A DNA stretch of 64,000 nt, taken from an uncultured Flavobacteriales bacterium (lineage in GTDB: Bacteria > Bacteroidota > Bacteroidia > Flavobacteriales_D > Crocinitomicaceae). Below the pieces are notes generated by a model. The model made no database searches. It saw nothing but the letters and a program-made list of their open reading frames with translations, and was not told the DNA's origin. The stretch lies in contig CAYMEW010000015.1 in the NCBI GenBank assembly GCA_964389755.1, positions 2,002 through 66,001 on the forward strand, given 5' to 3'. The first letter of the stretch is position 1. Every line of letters begins with the position of its first letter. This document shows positions 1 to 10,689 of the stretch, piece by piece. A program made the translations under genes and the position numbers.

Positions 1-343
1 GCCGAAAGATCGAGTAATTCCCGCTCCAGTTCCAGTAATTTGGACTGCGCTTCGGCAATGTATTCCACCCCCTTTTTGCCCTGCTCGATCAGCGGATTGC
101 TTTGAATGGCCGAATGAGCGAGGTAAGCTTCGAAAGAATACAACGGTGTTTCCCCGAGCGAAAGGATCCGCTCAGCCAGGTCGTCGATGATCACCTGGGT
201 ACGGGTGTACTGCTCCTCGTACTTCGCATGAAGTTCGAAAAAGTTTTCTCCTTTGATATTCCAGTGAAGCGATCGCAGGTTCTGATAGTGTACCTGGTAA
301 GTGGATAACAGCCTGTTCAGTTTGTCAATATAATTCTTTTCCA
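1..343 (-). CDS. dps: Dps family DNA-protection/ferritin-like protein (C-terminus cut by window edge)
   Basis: Reverse translation from the ATG (complement of 341-343) reads MEKNYIDKLNRLLSTYQVHYQNLRSLHWNIKGENFFELHAKYEEQY..., a typical Dps N-terminus. Divergent from an OxyR-like LysR gene. Confidence 0.8.
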
Positions 344-439
344 TAGTGTGTTAATACGTTTGCTTTGTCTGCTACAAAATTAACGAATGTCGCTGGTTTA
401 TTTAAATTGATTAAATTTATGTTTTGATAAATAATATCT
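344..439. promoter_or_regulatory. Divergent dps / oxyR-like control region
   Basis: 96-bp AT-rich spacer between divergent dps and the LysR gene. It holds AT-rich near-palindromes (ttaaattgattaaattta). No exact OxyR box could be verified by eye. Confidence 0.35.
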
Positions 440-1366
440 ATGATCTCGCTACAGCAAATGAAATACCTCGTTGCCCTCGAGGAACATCGCCACTTTCAGC
501 AGGCCAGTGAGGCGTGCTTTGTAACACAACCAACCCTTTCCATGCAGATCAAAAAAGCGGAGGATGAGTTGGGCTTCGCCGTGTTTGACCGCTCTGCACA
601 CGACCTGCGACTCACGCCCTTCGGCGAGGATTTGTTGCCGGTGTTGCGATCCATTCTGCACGAAACGGAAAAGATCGAAATGCTGCGCCAGAAAAGAAGC
701 GGGCAATATGTCGAACGGCTGAAGATCGGGATCATCCCCACCGTTTCCGCATATCTTGTAAATGACCTTTTCAGGAACTGGCGGAAAGAATTCAGGGATC
801 TGCAGGTAACAGTAGAGGAATTCCGGACCGAGAACCTGTTGGAAGCCTTGCGCCGCAAAGAAATTGATTGCGGAATCCTGGCGGGACCGGTCGTATCTGA
901 AAACCTGCGCGTGGTGCCGCTCTTCACCGAAGAGATCAGGGCATATACCGGTGCAGGTGGCGAAAAGGTCAGTTCGAAAGAACTTGCCGTGCTTAAACCG
1001 TGGTTGCTGAACGAAGGAAATTGCCTGCGTAACCAGATGATTCGCTTCTGCGGACTGGAAGAAGGTGACGAAAGCAACTGGGATTATTCCGGGGGAAACC
1101 TCGATATCCTCATGGAAATGGTCGATCAGAATGGCGGTTATACGCTCGTACCGGAGCATTACCTGCGCATTTCAAGACATCGTCCGGAGTACTTCAAAAC
1201 CATCTATTCGGCTGTGAACGGGCAGATTCCCGCACGTCAGATCGTGTGTGCCTTTCATACGCGTACGTATAAATTGCCGGGAATTGAAAAAATTATCAGA
1301 AGTTTGCAGTTACATTACAGCGAAAAACGCAAAGCATCGGAATTTACGATCCTCCCCTGGAAATGA
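440..1366 (+). CDS. oxyR: LysR-family transcriptional regulator, OxyR-like
   Basis: N-terminal LysR HTH (LQQMKYLVALEEHRHFQQASEACFVTQPTLSMQIKKAEDELG), about 308 aa, divergent from dps. Confidence 0.8.
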   Translation: MISLQQMKYLVALEEHRHFQQASEACFVTQPTLSMQIKKAEDELGFAVFDRSAHDLRLTPFGEDLLPVLRSILHETEKIEMLRQKRSGQYVERLKIGIIPTVSAYLVNDLFRNWRKEFRDLQVTVEEFRTENLLEALRRKEIDCGILAGPVVSENLRVVPLFTEEIRAYTGAGGEKVSSKELAVLKPWLLNEGNCLRNQMIRFCGLEEGDESNWDYSGGNLDILMEMVDQNGGYTLVPEHYLRISRHRPEYFKTIYSAVNGQIPARQIVCAFHTRTYKLPGIEKIIRSLQLHYSEKRKASEFTILPWK

Positions 1367-2103
1367 TGGAAGAAGAAAGACTGGATAAAATACTCACCGA
1401 ACGCGGACTGGTCAGTAACCGCACACGCGCCGAACAGATTATTCGGGAGACCGGAGTACTCGTCAATGGCAAACTCATTAACAAATCGGGTAAAAAGTTC
1501 CCGAAAGACGCCTCGATCGAACTACTGCGCGAAGAACTTCCCTACGTGTCGCGGGGCGCTGTGAAGCTGCAACGCGCCATCGAACACTGGAAACCGGAAC
1601 TGGCCGGGAAGGTTTTCCTCGATATCGGCGCCTCTACCGGAGGTTTTACGGAAATACTCCTCGAAAACGGCGTCTCGAAAGTGTATGCGGTGGATGTCGG
1701 TAAGGATCAGCTGCACGCAAAACTGCGCAACGATCAACGCGTCGTGAACCTGGAGAAAACGCACGTACGTGAACTCAATACGCGGCTCATCCCCGAACTG
1801 GCAGACGGCTGCGTGGTGGATGTTTCCTTTATTTCCCTGACAAAGATCTTCCCCTTTATTCATCCGCTGCTGAAACCCGGTGCGCAGATCATCGCACTTA
1901 TCAAACCGCAATTCGAGGTCGGTCGCGAGAACATCGAGAAGGGAGGAATTGTCCGCAATAAAAGCCTCTACCCGAAAGTACTGGCCGACATCCGCGAAAG
2001 TGCGGCCGTCAATCACCTCGATATGCAGGCACACATCGATTCTCCCATCCTTGGGGGAGACGGAAATCACGAATTCCTTGCTTTATTCATTCGTCGCACA
2101 TGA
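1363..2103 (+). CDS. tlyA: TlyA-family rRNA 2'-O-methyltransferase (S4 plus FtsJ domains)
   Basis: RLDKILTERGLVSNRTRAEQIIRETGVLVNG (S4 domain), YVSRGAVKL, DIGASTGGFTE (SAM motif). ATGA overlap with the upstream gene. Confidence 0.85.
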   Translation: MMEEERLDKILTERGLVSNRTRAEQIIRETGVLVNGKLINKSGKKFPKDASIELLREELPYVSRGAVKLQRAIEHWKPELAGKVFLDIGASTGGFTEILLENGVSKVYAVDVGKDQLHAKLRNDQRVVNLEKTHVRELNTRLIPELADGCVVDVSFISLTKIFPFIHPLLKPGAQIIALIKPQFEVGRENIEKGGIVRNKSLYPKVLADIRESAAVNHLDMQAHIDSPILGGDGNHEFLALFIRRT

Positions 2104-2798
2104 AATACAAATTGATTCTTCCCGCATTCCTGGCCCTTACCTTGCTGGCGTGCGGCAGTGCCGGTAAACAGAACCCGGAGAGTTCCAACGACGCGCAGGA
2201 GGATGCAACGGCACGTCGGTCGCCATTTACCGACAGCCTCGTTAGCCGTTTCAGAACCGTTACGCTTCCCTTCGAGATCGATTCCGCCTGGTATTCCGGC
2301 TTCGAGCCGACTGATACGCTAAGCGACCGGGACCTTCGATTTCTGCTCGAGCACGCAGCCAGTACCGTCGATTCGGCAGAGGTGAGCGATGTGTTCACCA
2401 TAAATGCACTCAAAAAAGCGGGAACTTATAACGCGTACGTCGATTCGCTGGACCTGTCGGAACTCAAAGACGCAACTGCACATCCGCTCGCGCAGTACAC
2501 CGTCGATAAAGACCGGGTGCTGATCTGGAGCATTGTGCGCTCGTCCTTTGAAGCCTGTCCGTACTATGCCGGCACAGCGATCTACCTCACTGTTATTCCG
2601 GAAAACGGCAACTCCTATTGTAAGCGCATCGGGGATGCCTTTTCCGCAGGAGATGCACCGAACTATTATTTCCGGATCTCGGAGTTTACATTCCAAAAAG
2701 ACGGGCGGATCGACGTGTTGCTCACCGAAGAGAACGGGGACGATGAACAGGTGGAAAAACGGAATCAGACGCGCTCGGCAACCTCCTGGAAATTGTGA
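2100..2798 (+). CDS. Hypothetical lipoprotein
   Basis: Signal peptide plus lipobox (LALTLLACGS). No recognisable domain. Confidence 0.6.
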   Translation: MKYKLILPAFLALTLLACGSAGKQNPESSNDAQEDATARRSPFTDSLVSRFRTVTLPFEIDSAWYSGFEPTDTLSDRDLRFLLEHAASTVDSAEVSDVFTINALKKAGTYNAYVDSLDLSELKDATAHPLAQYTVDKDRVLIWSIVRSSFEACPYYAGTAIYLTVIPENGNSYCKRIGDAFSAGDAPNYYFRISEFTFQKDGRIDVLLTEENGDDEQVEKRNQTRSATSWKL

Positions 2799-2855
2799 AT
2801 CTTCTCTGTTTAGAATCAGTCAAAATAATCGAATTGTGTATCTTTGTACTGAATT

Positions 2856-4091
2856 ATGGAAGAGCAAAAGAAAAGACCGTTCAGTGTGCGGGAGGTACGG
2901 GAAGAATTTCCGGCACTTCGCAGGCTGATCTACGGAAAGAACCTGATTTATTTCGATAACGGGGCAACTTCGCAAAAGCCGCAGGTGGTGCTCGATGCCA
3001 TCAATCATTTTTATGCGAAAGACAATGCCAACATCCATCGGGGAGTGCATTTTATGTCCCAACAGGCCACTTCCGAATACGAAGCTGCGCGTAAAACAAT
3101 TCAAGGTCACCTCAATGCTGAAAAACCCGAAGAAGTGATCTTTACCAAAGGAACCACCGATTCGATCAACCTGGTGGCGTATTCCTTCGGGCACCTGCTC
3201 AGCGAGGGAGATGAGATCATCATCACCGCGATGGAACACCATTCGAACATTGTTCCCTGGCAAATGCTCTGCGAACGCAAGAAATGCGTATTGAAAGTGG
3301 CTCCCATCAATAAAAAAGGAGAACTGATCCTGGAAGAGTACGAAAAACTGCTCAACGAACGCACGAAGCTCGTTTCAGTCGTACACATTTCAAATACGCT
3401 CGGAACGATTAACCCCGTGAAAGAGCTAATTCGAAAAGCACACGAGGTCGGAGCGCGCGTTTTGGTAGACGGTGCCCAGAGCATACAGCATACTCAGATC
3501 GATGTGCGCGATATGGATTGCGACTTCTTTGTATTCTCTGCACATAAAGTTTATGGCCCAACCGGTATCGGGATCCTCTACGGAAAAGAAGAGATCCTCG
3601 AAAAAATGCCGCCGTACCAGGGAGGTGGCGATATGATCGAAAAGGTGACTTTTGAACGAACAACCTACAACGAACTGCCGTTCAAGTTCGAAGCGGGAAC
3701 ACCGCACATTGCCGGGGGGATCTGCCTCGGGAAAGCGCTTGAATACCTCGAGCAGTTCGACATGGAAGCGATCAAAAAGCACGAAACGGAACTGGGTGAA
3801 TACGCCTCGGACCTGCTTTCCACATTCGAGGGAATGCGACTGATCGGAACAGCTAAGAAGAAAACCAGTGTGGTCTCCTTCGTCGTCGAAGGAATCCACC
3901 CTTTTGATATCGGAACGCTCCTGGATAAACAGGGAATTGCCGTGCGTACCGGGCATCACTGCACACAACCCCTGATGGACTTTTACCAGGTTCCCGGAAC
4001 GGTGCGCGCTTCATTTGCGTTCTACAATACCAAAGAAGAGATCGATACCTTTATCACCGCCGTCGAAAAAAGTATCTCGATGCTGAAATAG
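2856..4091 (+). CDS. sufS: Cysteine desulfurase SufS (class V aminotransferase)
   Basis: IYFDNGATSQKP, HHSNIVPWQ, SAHKVYGPTGIG (PLP Lys), RTGHHCTQPL (active-site Cys). Confidence 0.92.
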   Translation: MEEQKKRPFSVREVREEFPALRRLIYGKNLIYFDNGATSQKPQVVLDAINHFYAKDNANIHRGVHFMSQQATSEYEAARKTIQGHLNAEKPEEVIFTKGTTDSINLVAYSFGHLLSEGDEIIITAMEHHSNIVPWQMLCERKKCVLKVAPINKKGELILEEYEKLLNERTKLVSVVHISNTLGTINPVKELIRKAHEVGARVLVDGAQSIQHTQIDVRDMDCDFFVFSAHKVYGPTGIGILYGKEEILEKMPPYQGGGDMIEKVTFERTTYNELPFKFEAGTPHIAGGICLGKALEYLEQFDMEAIKKHETELGEYASDLLSTFEGMRLIGTAKKKTSVVSFVVEGIHPFDIGTLLDKQGIAVRTGHHCTQPLMDFYQVPGTVRASFAFYNTKEEIDTFITAVEKSISMLK

Positions 4092-4114
4092 CGTCGACTA
4101 AAAAAGAAACAGCG

Positions 4115-4531
4115 ATGTCGATAGAAGCAAAACAACAGGAGATCATTGACGAATTTGCCGTCTATGACGACTGGATGGAAAAATACGAATACATCATCGA
4201 ACTTGGAAAAGAACTTCCGCTGATCGATGATTCCAAAAAGACGGACGAACGCCTCATTGAAGGCTGTCAGTCGCGTGTGTGGCTCGATGCCGCCGTCGAA
4301 GGAAATAAAATGCACTTTACCGCGGATTCCGATGCGATCATTACCAAAGGCATTATCGGCTTGCTCATCCGGGTGCTCGACGGGGAAGCTCCGGCAGAGG
4401 TAGCAACAACCGATTTGCATTTTATCAACGACATCGGCCTGGCAGAACACCTTTCACCCACACGGGCAAATGGCCTCGCAAGTATGGTGAAGAAATTGAA
4501 AATGAGTGCGCTGCTTGCACTCCAACCTTGA
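4115..4531 (+). CDS. sufE: SufE-like sulfur acceptor
   Basis: IEGCQSRVWL motif, 138 aa, directly downstream of sufS. Confidence 0.85.
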   Translation: MSIEAKQQEIIDEFAVYDDWMEKYEYIIELGKELPLIDDSKKTDERLIEGCQSRVWLDAAVEGNKMHFTADSDAIITKGIIGLLIRVLDGEAPAEVATTDLHFINDIGLAEHLSPTRANGLASMVKKLKMSALLALQP

Positions 4532-4842
4532 AAGTTATGATGGAACTCGAAAATAAGATCGTGGACGTGCTCAAAACGATCTACGATCCTGAAATACCGG
4601 TAGATATTTACGAACTAGGACTGATCTACGAAGTGAAGATCGACCAGGAAGGTCAGGTGCAGATCGAAATGACACTGACTTCCCCGAATTGTCCTGTGGC
4701 CGAAAGTCTGCCGAAAGAAGTAGAAGATAAGGTTGCCTCTGTAGAAGGTGTGAACAGTGCCGTGGTGAATATCGTATTCGATCCGCCCTGGGATAAGGAT
4801 ATGATGAGCGAAGAGGCAAAACTTGAACTGGGATTTCTCTGA
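4528..4842 (+). CDS. DUF59 / SufT-like Fe-S assembly protein
   Basis: IYDPEIPVDIYELGLIY ... TLTSPNCPV motif. Overlaps the sufE stop. Confidence 0.8.
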   Translation: MKVMMELENKIVDVLKTIYDPEIPVDIYELGLIYEVKIDQEGQVQIEMTLTSPNCPVAESLPKEVEDKVASVEGVNSAVVNIVFDPPWDKDMMSEEAKLELGFL

Positions 4843-4919
4843 GAATCAAGACATATATTTCTGAAAATCGCCTGCCCGCAAACTAACCGATCCGGCAGGA
4901 AGTTGTTAAAATCAAGGAT

Positions 4920-6164
4920 ATGAAAAGAGTGGTTATCACCGGGATGGGAGCGTTGACTCCGCTCGGGAACGATCTGAAAACGTTTTGGAAAAACCTGAAA
5001 GCAGGAGTGAGCGGGGCGGCACCGATCACGAAGTTCGATACGACCCGCTTTAAAACGCAATTTGCCTGTGAATTAAAGGACTTCGATCCGAAAGCGCATT
5101 TCGATGTAAAGGAATTGCGTAAATACGATCCGTTTTCGCAGTATGCGCTCGTAGCGGTTGACGAAGCGGTTAAGCACGCCGGTATCGATTTTGAAAAACT
5201 CAACCGCGATCGTATCGGTGTGATCTGGGGATCCGGAAACGGGGGAATCCAGACTTTCCAGGATCAGATGATCGAATATTGTGATGGCGACGGAACACCG
5301 CGCTTTACGCCCTTTTTTATCCCGCGTATACTCGTCGATATAGCTTCCGGTATCATCTCGATCAAATACGGACTTCGCGGAGTGAATTTTTGCCCGGTAT
5401 CCGCCTGTGCAACTTCCAATACCGCACTCATTGAAGCCTTTAACTACATCCGCTGGGGAAAAGCGGACATGATCATCTCCGGCGGATCGGAAGCCGCTAT
5501 TAACGAAGCGGCGATCGGTGGTTTTTCTTCTGCGAAAGCACTTTCCACGCGCAATGACGATCCGGCATCTGCCTCCAGGCCTTTTGATGAGAGCCGCGAC
5601 GGTTTCGTAATGGGCGAAGGTGCCGGCGCGATCATTCTTGAATCTTATGAACATGCCATGGAGCGAGGCGCAACGATCTACGGTGAAGTTGTCGGCGGAG
5701 GAATGGCTGCGGACGCCTATCACCTCACCGGAACGCACCCGGAAGGAGACGGCGCCGTGCTTGGAATGAATGAAGCGATTCGGGAAGCGGGAATTACGGC
5801 TGCCGAAATCGATTATCTGAACATGCACGCGACGAGTACACCACAGGGTGATACCTCCGAACTGATTGCAGCAAAGCGCGTTTTCGAAGGAAATAAAGAC
5901 CTCTTCGTTTCTGCTACGAAGTCCATGACGGGTCACTTACTTGGAGCGGCTGGAGCCGTGGAAGGAATTGCCTGTGTGATGGCACTGGCCGATGGCGTGG
6001 TTCCCCCGACGATCAACACGCAGACGGTAGAGGGAGAATATGCAAACCTGTTTAACTTTCCGCTGGGAGAAGCGATTTCGCGGGAATTGACTTATGCGAT
6101 GAGCAATACCTTTGGTTTTGGCGGACACATTGCGTCCATCGTGTTTAAGAAATTTGAAAAATAG
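4920..6164 (+). CDS. fabF: Beta-ketoacyl-ACP synthase II
   Basis: KRVVITGMG, active-site SACATS, HATSTPQGD, SMTGHLLGAAG, NTFGFGGHI. Confidence 0.93.
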   Translation: MKRVVITGMGALTPLGNDLKTFWKNLKAGVSGAAPITKFDTTRFKTQFACELKDFDPKAHFDVKELRKYDPFSQYALVAVDEAVKHAGIDFEKLNRDRIGVIWGSGNGGIQTFQDQMIEYCDGDGTPRFTPFFIPRILVDIASGIISIKYGLRGVNFCPVSACATSNTALIEAFNYIRWGKADMIISGGSEAAINEAAIGGFSSAKALSTRNDDPASASRPFDESRDGFVMGEGAGAIILESYEHAMERGATIYGEVVGGGMAADAYHLTGTHPEGDGAVLGMNEAIREAGITAAEIDYLNMHATSTPQGDTSELIAAKRVFEGNKDLFVSATKSMTGHLLGAAGAVEGIACVMALADGVVPPTINTQTVEGEYANLFNFPLGEAISRELTYAMSNTFGFGGHIASIVFKKFEK

Positions 6165-6183
6165 CCGTTTTTAACGGTTAAGC
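6161..6183. repeat. 23-nt hairpin motif copy (ATAGCCGTTTTTAACGGTTAAGC)
   Basis: Identical 23-mer at 58920-58942. Here it spans the TAG stop of fabF and the TAA stop (complement) of the convergent gene. Stem CCGTT/AACGG. Confidence 0.85.
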
Positions 6184-6872
6184 AGGATTTCCTGGTACTG
6201 AAAGCCGGTCTTTAGCTCCTGACCGTCTTCCGTCGTGAGTGAATAGCTTCGATGTACCTGTTCGCCTTTCCGGATCGGGATCTCTGCCTGGAATACCGGA
6301 CCGGCGAAACAAAAGCTGTGGAATTCGCCGTTTTCCCCGCACGGGTCTACATTTTTCGGTAATTTTTCTAAGAAATCGGGCTCAATGAGCGTACCTGCAA
6401 AATCATCACCGAAATAACGATCATCGGTACAACAGATCATGGAGCGAAAGCCTTCCGCGGTAAAATCCCGAATGAGTTGTGTCGTGTCGTAATTCCAGAG
6501 TGGAAAAATAGCTTTCATGCCGACTTGTGCGAGTTGCCGTTCGCGATATTGGCGCAAATCCTCCAGGAAAATATCTCCGAAGATCACGTGTTCGATTCCT
6601 TCGGCCCGGGCCGATGCCAGCAGGTCAATCAGTTGCTTTTCATAGTGCTCGTTCGTCGCTTCGCTGACCCACATCTTCGAAAGCGGGATCTGCAATGCTT
6701 CGGCCTGGGCGTCCAGCAACTCCTCGCGAATCCCGTGCATGGAAATTCGCCTGAATTCGGAACTGAGTGTCGTCATCAGCCGGGTTACATCATACGCTCC
6801 CTGCTGCAGGACACGATGCAGGCAAAATGCGGAATCTTTGCCGCCGCTCCACGAAAGCAGTGCGCGCTTCAT
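6171..6872 (-). CDS. Dph6-related ATP pyrophosphatase (MJ0570-family adenine nucleotide alpha hydrolase)
   Basis: N-terminal SWSGGKDS PP-loop and CGENGEFHSF motif; 233 aa. Confidence 0.75.
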   Translation of the reverse strand: MKRALLSWSGGKDSAFCLHRVLQQGAYDVTRLMTTLSSEFRRISMHGIREELLDAQAEALQIPLSKMWVSEATNEHYEKQLIDLLASARAEGIEHVIFGDIFLEDLRQYRERQLAQVGMKAIFPLWNYDTTQLIRDFTAEGFRSMICCTDDRYFGDDFAGTLIEPDFLEKLPKNVDPCGENGEFHSFCFAGPVFQAEIPIRKGEQVHRSYSLTTEDGQELKTGFQYQEILLNR

Positions 6873-9694
6873 GCGTTTTTCAGTTCTTCGGCCAGGTAAC
6901 GCGCCGTATGCGATTTTTTAGCGGCTTTTTTCACGATTTCTTCCGGTGTTCCTTCACAAACGATCTTTCCCCCGCCTTTTCCGCCTTCCGGACCCACATC
7001 CACGAGGTAATCGGCCACCTTGATAATGTCGAGGTTGTGCTCGATCACCAGCACGGTGTTTCCTTCATCAGCGAGTCGTTGCAAGACCTCGAGCAACATG
7101 CGGATGTCTTCGAAATGCAAACCGGTAGACGGTTCGTCGAGGATGTACATGGTCTTTCCCGTACCGCGTTTGGATAACTCCGAAGAGAGCTTGATACGCT
7201 GTGCCTCACCGCCTGAAAGCGTCGTGGAAGGCTGCCCGAGTTTGACGTAGCCCAGTCCGACCGATAAAAGCGTGGAAAGCGGACGATAGATTTTCGGAAT
7301 ACTTTCAAAAAAGCGCGTTGCATCTTCAATGGTCATTTCCAGTACGTCTGCAATGGACTTTCCTTTGAAGCGCACTTCCAGTGTTTCCCGGTTGTAGCGT
7401 TTTCCGTTACAGGTTTCACATTCCACGTAAACATCAGGCAGGAAGTTCATTTCAATGACGCGCAGGCCGCCGCCTTTACAGGTTTCACAGCGTCCGCCGG
7501 ATACATTAAAGGAAAAACGTCCCGGTTTGTATCCACGAATCTGTGCTTCAGGCAATCCCGCAAATAAACTACGGATCTCGTCAAATACTTTTGTATAAGT
7601 CGCCGGGTTTGAACGCGGTGTCCGCCCGATCGGGCTCTGGTCGATTTCAATGACTTTGTCGAGGTGTTCCAGTCCTTTGATCTTCTTGTACGGAAGCGGC
7701 TTTTTAACGCCGTTGTAGATCTCTGCGAGCAGGATCGGGTAGAGGGTCTGGTTGATCAGGGAAGACTTGCCACTGCCCGAAACCCCGGTGACACAGGTAA
7801 AAGTGCCGAGCGGGATCTTCAGGTTCACATTTTGCAGATTGTGACCGCTCGCCCCAAGAAGTTCGAGCTTTTTACCGTTACCTTTTCTCCGTTCCTTCGG
7901 AACTTCGATTTTCATTTCGCCACGGAGGTACTTTGTCGTGATCGAATCGACACTGCTCAGTTCCGAAATAGGAGCTGCATTGACGATCTCTCCGCCGTGT
8001 ACTCCTGCTCCCGGACCGATATCCACAACGAAGTCCGCTGCTTCGATCATTTCCTTATCATGTTCCACCACGATCAGGCTGTTTCCCGTGTCCCGGAGTC
8101 GTTTCAGGGAATTGATCAGGCGTGTATTGTCGCGTTGGTGCAGGCCGATGCTCGGTTCATCCAGCACATACAATACGTTCATTAGTTCGGTTCCGATCTG
8201 CGTGGCGAGCCGGATACGCTGCGCCTCTCCTCCCGATAAGGTCCGTGCCGAGCGATGCAGTGTGAGGTAGTCCAGACCCACTTCCAGGATGAAGTTAAGC
8301 CGGGTTCGCAGTTCCTTCACGATTTCAGTGGCGATCATTTTCTGTTCCTTCGTGAAAGACTTATCCGCAGCTTCGAACCAGTCAGGCAGTTCGGAAATGT
8401 CCATCATGGCCAGTTCACCGATGTTCTTACCGGCTATTTTGAAATAATGTGCTTCTTTCTTGAGTCGGGTACCGTGACATTCCGGGCAGGTAACGCGATT
8501 CATGAAACTCTGCGCCCAGCGCTGAACACTTGCCGAACTTTCTTCGGAATGCCGGGTCACAAAATTGATCACGCCCTCGAAACGCGCGGCGTTTTTACCT
8601 CCCGTACGCTCCATATCTTCGTTTCCGTAAAGCAGGGCATTGAGGGTATCGCTATCCACATCCTCCAGGGGCGTATTGATCGAGTAGCCCTGCGCGACGA
8701 GGTAATTCTCGACCTTTTCGAAGAACCAGTTCCGTTTGTATTCACCCATGGGGGCCAATCCGCCTTTTTTAATGGACTTCTTCGGATCGGGAATAACCTT
8801 GTCCATGTCCGCCTCAGAAACTTCTCCGAGTCCGCTACAGGTCGGGCAGGCACCATACGGCGAGTTGAAGGAAAAAAGGTTCGGTTCCGGTTCGGGATAG
8901 CTGATTCCGGAGGTCGGGCACATCAGGCTACGGCTGAAATGGCGTACTTCTTCGGTTTCGAAATCCATCACCATCATCGCTTTTCCACCCTGTTTCATTG
9001 CTGTAACAACCGAGTCGTAGATGCGCTTGCGGTCTTTCGCACTTACAAGCAAGCGGTCAACCACGATGTCGATGTCGTGAATTTTGTAACGGTCGAGTTT
9101 CATCCCACGCTCGATATCGCGGACTTCTCCGTCTACGCGTACTTTCGTGTATCCCATTTTCAGGATCTGTTCGAACAACTCGCGGTAGTGTCCCTTGCGA
9201 CCTTTGATGCGCGGAGCCAGGAACATGACCTTCCGGTCTTCATAACGCTCGATGATGAGGTCCACGATCTGTTCATCGGAATACTTCACCATTTTCTCGC
9301 CCGTTACGTAAGAATAAGCGGTTCCGGCCCGTGCAAACAAGAGGCGCAGGAAGTCGTAGATCTCGGTGATCGTGCCGACTGTACTTCGCGGACTTCTTGA
9401 AACGGTTTTTTGCTCGATGGAAATGACCGGGCTCAGCCCTTCGATTTTGTCCACGTCCGGTCGTTCCAGTCCGCCCAGGAATTGCCGTGCATAAGCCGAA
9501 AAAGTTTCAATATAGCGGCGTTGCCCCTCGGCAAAGATCGTGTCGAATGCCAGGGATGACTTCCCGCTTCCGCTCAAACCGGTAAATACCACCAGTTTAT
9601 TGCGCGGAATCTTCAGGTCCACGTTCTTCAGGTTATGTTCGCGGGCACCGTATACTTCAATGGCGCCTTCTTCGATCGGTTCGTCTTTTTTCAT
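6869..9694 (-). CDS. uvrA: Excinuclease ABC subunit A
   Basis: 941 aa. GAREHNLKN, two Walker A sites ([18 protein letters not shown]), zinc-finger CxxC pairs, LSGGEAQR signatures. Confidence 0.97.
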   Translation of the reverse strand: MKKDEPIEEGAIEVYGAREHNLKNVDLKIPRNKLVVFTGLSGSGKSSLAFDTIFAEGQRRYIETFSAYARQFLGGLERPDVDKIEGLSPVISIEQKTVSRSPRSTVGTITEIYDFLRLLFARAGTAYSYVTGEKMVKYSDEQIVDLIIERYEDRKVMFLAPRIKGRKGHYRELFEQILKMGYTKVRVDGEVRDIERGMKLDRYKIHDIDIVVDRLLVSAKDRKRIYDSVVTAMKQGGKAMMVMDFETEEVRHFSRSLMCPTSGISYPEPEPNLFSFNSPYGACPTCSGLGEVSEADMDKVIPDPKKSIKKGGLAPMGEYKRNWFFEKVENYLVAQGYSINTPLEDVDSDTLNALLYGNEDMERTGGKNAARFEGVINFVTRHSEESSASVQRWAQSFMNRVTCPECHGTRLKKEAHYFKIAGKNIGELAMMDISELPDWFEAADKSFTKEQKMIATEIVKELRTRLNFILEVGLDYLTLHRSARTLSGGEAQRIRLATQIGTELMNVLYVLDEPSIGLHQRDNTRLINSLKRLRDTGNSLIVVEHDKEMIEAADFVVDIGPGAGVHGGEIVNAAPISELSSVDSITTKYLRGEMKIEVPKERRKGNGKKLELLGASGHNLQNVNLKIPLGTFTCVTGVSGSGKSSLINQTLYPILLAEIYNGVKKPLPYKKIKGLEHLDKVIEIDQSPIGRTPRSNPATYTKVFDEIRSLFAGLPEAQIRGYKPGRFSFNVSGGRCETCKGGGLRVIEMNFLPDVYVECETCNGKRYNRETLEVRFKGKSIADVLEMTIEDATRFFESIPKIYRPLSTLLSVGLGYVKLGQPSTTLSGGEAQRIKLSSELSKRGTGKTMYILDEPSTGLHFEDIRMLLEVLQRLADEGNTVLVIEHNLDIIKVADYLVDVGPEGGKGGGKIVCEGTPEEIVKKAAKKSHTARYLAEELKNA

Positions 9695-10672
9695 TTAGTA
9701 ACCTCCGTAAGGTTTTAAGTGTTCGTTCTCTGTTGGTAACAAAAGGGTATAGGTTTTGGTTTTCACAGTAAGCGAATTACCGCGCAGCCAGGGATTGAGG
9801 ATCGTGAGTATCTTGTAATTGATCCCGTGTTCCGTGGCCCAGAGTGCCAGGTCCGGAACAGTTTCTTTAATCTCCATCCCGCTGACCTGGTATGGCGGAT
9901 AATAATCGCCTTCTTTCAGGTAATATCCGTAGGCTTCCGGATCTTCGAAAATGAGTTTCATGGCAAGCAGCCGGAAAAAATAACGGCCCGTTTCACTGTT
10001 CATATCCGTGTCGAAATAACTTGAAACATACTGTTTGTCCATATCGCGTAGCATGCCCGAAATACCGCGATTGTAAGAAGCAATTGCCGCCGGCCAGCTT
10101 TTCAGCGTATCGTACGCACTTCGCAAATAAGTGCAGGCTGCGGATGTACTTTTAGCGACGTCGTAACGCTCATCCACTTCCGGATCGATCTGTAGCCCGA
10201 GTTCTTTTCCGGTCGTTTCCATAAACTGCCACATACCGCGTGCACCTGCCGGACTCACAGCCTGCGCCAGCCCGCTTTCGATCACGGCGATGTATTTCAG
10301 ATCGTCCGGCATGTCGTTTTCCTTTAAAATCGCTTCGATCTTCGGAAGGAAACGCGTACTTCGCTTCAGGTAAAGGGTGGTTGCACTCTGGTAAAAAACA
10401 TTTACAAGCAGTTCGCGATCCAGGCGCTCCCGAAGATCGAGATCTGTCAGACGGATCGTGTCGCCGCAGAGCAACATGTATTCAGGAAGCTCCGGCAAAC
10501 GGAAGGGGTCGGCCTTCGAAAGTACCGCTGTACTTTCCTGTTCGCGGGCAACTTTTTCCTGTGAATTGCAGGCAAACAAAATGAATATCAGGCTGAACGG
10601 GAGGCTTTTTCGGAACATGCGCATGCGGAAAATCATAAGCCTCAAAATTAAGCATTTCCTGCTTAAAAACAC
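9695..10672 (-). CDS. Lytic transglycosylase (SLT domain, MltD-like) lipoprotein
   Basis: [23 protein letters not shown] (SLT catalytic Glu region). The true start is probably an internal Met near 10618-10624 ([19 protein letters not shown] lipobox). Confidence 0.75.
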   Translation of the reverse strand: MFLSRKCLILRLMIFRMRMFRKSLPFSLIFILFACNSQEKVAREQESTAVLSKADPFRLPELPEYMLLCGDTIRLTDLDLRERLDRELLVNVFYQSATTLYLKRSTRFLPKIEAILKENDMPDDLKYIAVIESGLAQAVSPAGARGMWQFMETTGKELGLQIDPEVDERYDVAKSTSAACTYLRSAYDTLKSWPAAIASYNRGISGMLRDMDKQYVSSYFDTDMNSETGRYFFRLLAMKLIFEDPEAYGYYLKEGDYYPPYQVSGMEIKETVPDLALWATEHGINYKILTILNPWLRGNSLTVKTKTYTLLLPTENEHLKPYGGY

Positions 10673-10689
10673 GTCAGTTGCCGGCTGAA

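Noticed and set aside
8255-9400. 381-aa + strand ORF (and other 100-170-aa ORFs) inside the uvrA region
   Set aside because: These are antisense shadow ORFs of a very well supported 941-aa uvrA CDS. Their composition is not protein-like and they have no motifs.
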